From Chrysemys picta bellii (lineage: Eukaryota): DNA of 64,000 nt. The position numbers and the translations under genes are program-made. Positions 59,511-64,000 of this stretch are shown here, in pieces. The notes under the pieces were generated by a model, which did not search any database, was not told the origin of the DNA, and was given only the letters and a program-made list of their open reading frames with translations. Every line of letters begins with the position of its first letter. Positions within the stretch are counted from its first letter, which is position 1. Location: positions 135,966,001 through 136,030,000 of the forward strand of contig NC_088792.1 of the NCBI RefSeq assembly GCF_011386835.1. The letters are read 5' to 3'.

Positions 59511-62119
59511 TCTTCTATCCCAGCCTCTTGTTGAAATGGATCTTTTCTCTGCTTCAGTTCTCATCCTGTTTTTTTAACTATTCTTTTCCTTCATCGTTTC
59601 CTGTTCTATTCTTTGCCAGATTTTGTGGTGTTAATCTATAGCTTCATCTACTCTCTAAACATCACTTTTATTACTTTTTCTAACCCTACCTACACCTGTA
59701 TATACTCTATAACTTGATTTAATTATTCCTTTGTCTGCCTGCTGAGCCTACCATTTCTTCAGTCCAGCCTGTGGTTATTCAAGGCCGACTCCAAATTCCC
59801 TTGTGGGGAATGAATACATTCTGGCTTCTCTGCTTCCCTTCTGATGCTTAAAACATTACCCAGCAACATAGCTAACCCTCCTCAGGCATTAGAATTTTCC
59901 AGACCTCAGCTGCACACTGGACTATAAGTACCAGAGTGTTTTGGAAATGTATAGGGTCAAAGCAACAGAATTCAGAGAAGTTGTTCTTCTCTGCAGAAAC
60001 AGGTCACAAAGGTGGTGCCCTGATATCAATGGGCTGTCTATTTGGTCTCTGCAAAAGGAGGCGCATCATGCTGACTGAAGATCTGGCAAGCCAATAGATA
60101 TCTCTACCACCTGCATATTTGTTTCTTCCCCATGTTAGCCCCACATTAGCCAGCCACAGCCCTTTGCAATACATCTGAATGGGAGAGGGCAATGTTGTCC
60201 TTGTTCTGTCTAATGAAAACCAGAAATGCGTGGAGAGGGAGTTTAGAATCTAGAAACTGTCTTCACTCTGGCACCTCTGTATAGAGGTTGAAAAATTCTT
60301 GTCTCTTTGGGACTGTCTACTGTTGTATGGCCACCTTCATACAATTGTCTTAATAAGGAAGTTTAAAAATAGAAGATAGTAGTAAAAATGGTTTGCATTA
60401 CATATCTAGATTTACATTTTTCACAGCCTAAACTATACAAGCATTCACAGCTTAATTACAAACAAACAAACAAATACATAAATAAAAATCATACTTATTT
60501 GGAAACCAGTCTTTTCTGAGTATTTTGAGATCTTCCCTGACACAGCTTCCCCAATGCTGTTGCCAGAAAAGTCCCTTCTCATCCCCACCCACCCACAGTT
60601 GACCTGCTTGTCAAGTATCATTTTTTAGAGTTCATTATCATATCAGGGGGAAGCTGCATCAGTATTTCCAAAGGAGTGTTTGATCGGAAGCAAACCTCTC
60701 ATCGATTTTCTTTTGCCATGAATTATAAATTAACTCAGGTTTCCTGTCACAATCCCTTTCAGAAGGTTATGCCTCTGTACAGGGAGATCTTATGCACAAG
60801 CCACATGAGTAGTTCAGTCTCACTGGACTCAGTGGAATTGCTTATCTTCTTAGAGTGCTTTGCTGGACAGGGACCTTATTCAGTTCTAAGAGGTAATGTG
60901 AGTGCTAAAGAAGTGAAAAAAAGCCACATGGCCTGCTGGTGGGTCCTTAAAATTCCCATTAAAATATGGATAAGCTTCCATGTAATATCTTATGTATCAA
61001 AATCAAACTACGAAACATCTGAGGTTTGCCCATTGCAGCCACTAATCTGCTTCCTGTGGGTATTGTTAAACCAACATTGCAGAAAATCAGTAACATGATT
61101 TATACCTGTCATGCCCAGAGCCTTTGTTTTCAGTCTAATGTCTGGCCCAGGCATCTTGACTATTTCTTTTGGATATGGAGCTTCCTCCCATAAACCATGC
61201 TTTTGTGAACTCAGAATTAGAATATACCAATGTAGGGTGCACCGTGAATCAGTCCAGACACTTGAGTTAGTACACAACACACCATCTCACTTGCTAAGTG
61301 GTGTTTCGCACAAGCAGCACATGACAACAGTGCTCTAGGATCTGGCTTGGCCTCCTCCTAGTTTCTTGGTGGGGTACAGAGTGCTGGTTTGGACCTATCA
61401 GCTAGGTCGATGTCAGGCCATTTAGAGTTTTAAAAACCACCCTTTCTTTCATGCCATTCAGCTATGATCAGTGGAACCACTCAAACTGGAGATGCCCGGG
61501 CATAAAAGAGAAAGCGCTGCTAAGTAAGGCATTCACTATGGTGGGCTCAGCTTCACAGTTCACTCCATTATTGGTATGAAACAACCTGATTTTTTAAACC
61601 ATGTTTGTTTAACTGCAGGCCATGCTTCAATATCTATATTATTACCCAAAGGAGTGACTTCAATGCTGGTATTTGTATGCTTATTGGGTACTCTTTGATT
61701 TGATATTTTTGATTTGATGTTTGTTTTGGGCAAAGCTTCTAATACTTTTTTTTAAAATGCCATAAAACTTGCAAGGTTACCCAAAGCTCATGCTAGATGC
61801 TTTTTTCTTTGTTATGAATAAAAATAAAATAAATATAGTAGTTGTGAAGAGCACTATCTTCTGCGCAAGTGACAGCACTGCAGTAAAGTTGGTATGAGAC
61901 CGAATCCGATACCTATTGAAGCCAACAGGAGTTTTTCAATTAACTTCAATTATCATGGGCTACAGCTCAAGTACTAACAAATTACTACTAAAACATCCTT
62001 GCATCATTCCACATGCAGAATCCCCATCAAAGTCAATGGGAGCTTTGTACAACAATTGATAGTCTGTAAAACATCTAACATTGTACTTACATAACATTCT
62101 CTCATAGCAGCATAGAGTC

Positions 62120-62660
62120 ACATCACAATGAACGTTACACAGAGGAGTCATTGGCCAGCAATCTTCCTCCATATTTTGCAGTCTTCATGCAGCCTTGAAG
62201 AAGTGTGCCATACCACATCCTGTCCAGCCACCCATATCATCAAACCATATTTGCCACAAGTGCCCCCGACTCCTGCCACCAGGCACCAATCCCTGCAAAG
62301 CTTGCTTCTGCAATCTTCCTCCACTCATCCAACTCTCATGTCCCAGAAACTTAAGTTTTCTTTGTCTGATCACTCTGATTATACCTCGTATCACTCTAGT
62401 TATGCTGCATATTTGGATGATTACCTCCTCGTTAATTGTGTGTATTGTATAACTAACACACAGTACAGCAGTCACAAGTCCAGTTCTATGTTGGATCTCT
62501 AAGGTGATGTTTAGCATCCCTTGTAGTCATACAACCCAGATATTTGAAGTGTGCCATGTACTCTAATGCCACTTCAGTTCTGAGTAGAAATATGTTCACC
62601 TTTTCAACAGACTTAGATGTCACCATTGTCTTTGTCTTTGTGTGTTAAAAATTGTATCCT
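62120..62660 (-). pseudogene. RTE-clade LINE ORF C-terminal remnant
   Basis: KTKTMVTSK, LEYMAHFKYLGC and TINEEVIIQ...IRQRKLKFLGH...KQALQGLVPGGRSRG...WFDDMGGWTG follow the RTE thumb/C-terminus pattern. Confidence 0.8.
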
Positions 62661-64000
62661 GCTATTTTAAACATATTTGAATAGCTGGTTATAATTTTTC
62701 AGAAATCTAAATTTTGATGAAAATTTATCAGTTTTGACTTCCAGTGTGAGAGGGGAAGGGAAGGATAAAAACACTTTTATTTCTATTCTTATTTAGCCAG
62801 TTCTTATTGCAAGCACAACTAAAATGTCAAACACTGTACCTACAATCATGAATTTGTTGATAAGTTTTCTTGCTACAATTCACAGTCTATTTTCTATCTT
62901 TCTATTTTATTTTTAAAAATAATTTGTTTTGTACACAAAATATGCTGAAAATTCTTACAACACTCCTTACAGTGGAACACAATGTTTTTAGCTTTATTTT
63001 TTTAACTATCCCAGATACAATCAGCATGACTAATGACAATGAAAACATGCATGCCATTTCATTGATCATAGTTTGATAGATTTTCGATTAAAAAAAACCC
63101 TCATATTTTTACTTCCGTCACTTGGAGCACTGACATGTCAAACCAGCAGGGAGCTGGCCACTGCAACTATTATAGCATATAAAATTAGGTGACTAAGTTG
63201 TCCATGAGATTTTAAATCGTTGATAAATAACAATAAAAATGTATAGGCAATTTATTTTAAAAGTTTGCATTTTTGCAAATTGCTGTCTCTATTGCATCTT
63301 CACTGACCTTACACCAATGTGTTTTTTTCCTAATCTGTTAAAATTTCAGCATATAGAGGATTAGAGGATAATTTGACATAATTGCTTTTTAATGTTACTT
63401 TTTTGCACAAGGAGGAAACTTTTTGCCCTTGTTGTGTATGAAAACTAAATGAATACTAAGTCTTTTACCATTCCAAATCCTATTTCCCAGGCTTTTCACA
63501 TCTAAATCCCCTGTATCATTCCGCTTTCCACCTTTTCCCATTAGCTTTCTTCTTGCTGTTTTTCTGTTTGCCTAACACTTCTCCTTATTGTTTGTTGTTC
63601 ACTTCTTCACTGTGTTTAGCTTTCTTTTATCTATAATGCATATGGTGTGTAATTCATGTTTAATGAAGAATTCATGAACTTTTTTTTTCATTTTACAAGA
63701 GAGGATTATGAGATGAGCTGTATCTCAAAGTAAAAGTTTTCAACAACTAAGATGACAGGAAGTAATTTAGAAGTTAAGAAGGAAGAGATGACAGCTGAGC
63801 TGAGAGTGAATACATGGTGCTTTTTTAAGTGTCTGTGGGAATGTATTGCTTTGGAAAAGGGTTCCTCAGACAAGGAACAGTATTGAATACAAGACAGAGC
63901 AACCATTTAAGAGGAGTGCATTGCAAATGATTCCTGATGAAGGATATTGAGTAATCTGGAGCTAAAAGTGAAATCCAGAGAATCCCTATGGGACCATTTT

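Overview
This is eukaryotic, repeat-dominated vertebrate DNA, almost certainly from a turtle. The evidence is a tortoise-type tRNA-derived PolIII SINE, turtle-type CR1 3' ends, and characteristic Harbinger/hAT MITEs and LTR families. No intact host protein-coding gene, tRNA/rRNA gene or CRISPR array could be supported, so the window reads as intergenic or deep-intronic sequence with layered transposon fossils. Old layers are L2, MIR-like and RTE fragments. Other layers include two CR1 LINEs, a 5'-truncated Tx1/L1-type LINE, an I/Nimb-clade LINE with ORF1 and ORF2 remnants, two Penelope-like pieces (one with a near-intact GIY-YIG domain and a hammerhead-ribozyme-like motif), and a decayed Gmr1-like Gypsy provirus with SCAN-like gag and integrase placed before RT. 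There are also at least eight solo LTRs with 4- or 5-bp TSDs and many Harbinger and hAT MITEs, including two triple-nested insertion stacks. The strongest hunt items are the Tx1 insertion carrying a CR1-like 3' tail inside its TSD, the Nimb-like LINE, the Gmr1-like provirus, the PLE hammerhead, a complex inversion/duplication inside a CR1, and a TIR element with an internal tRNA-like module. Family names come from motif recognition without database searches. Most short ORFs in the supplied track are spurious or antisense to repeats.
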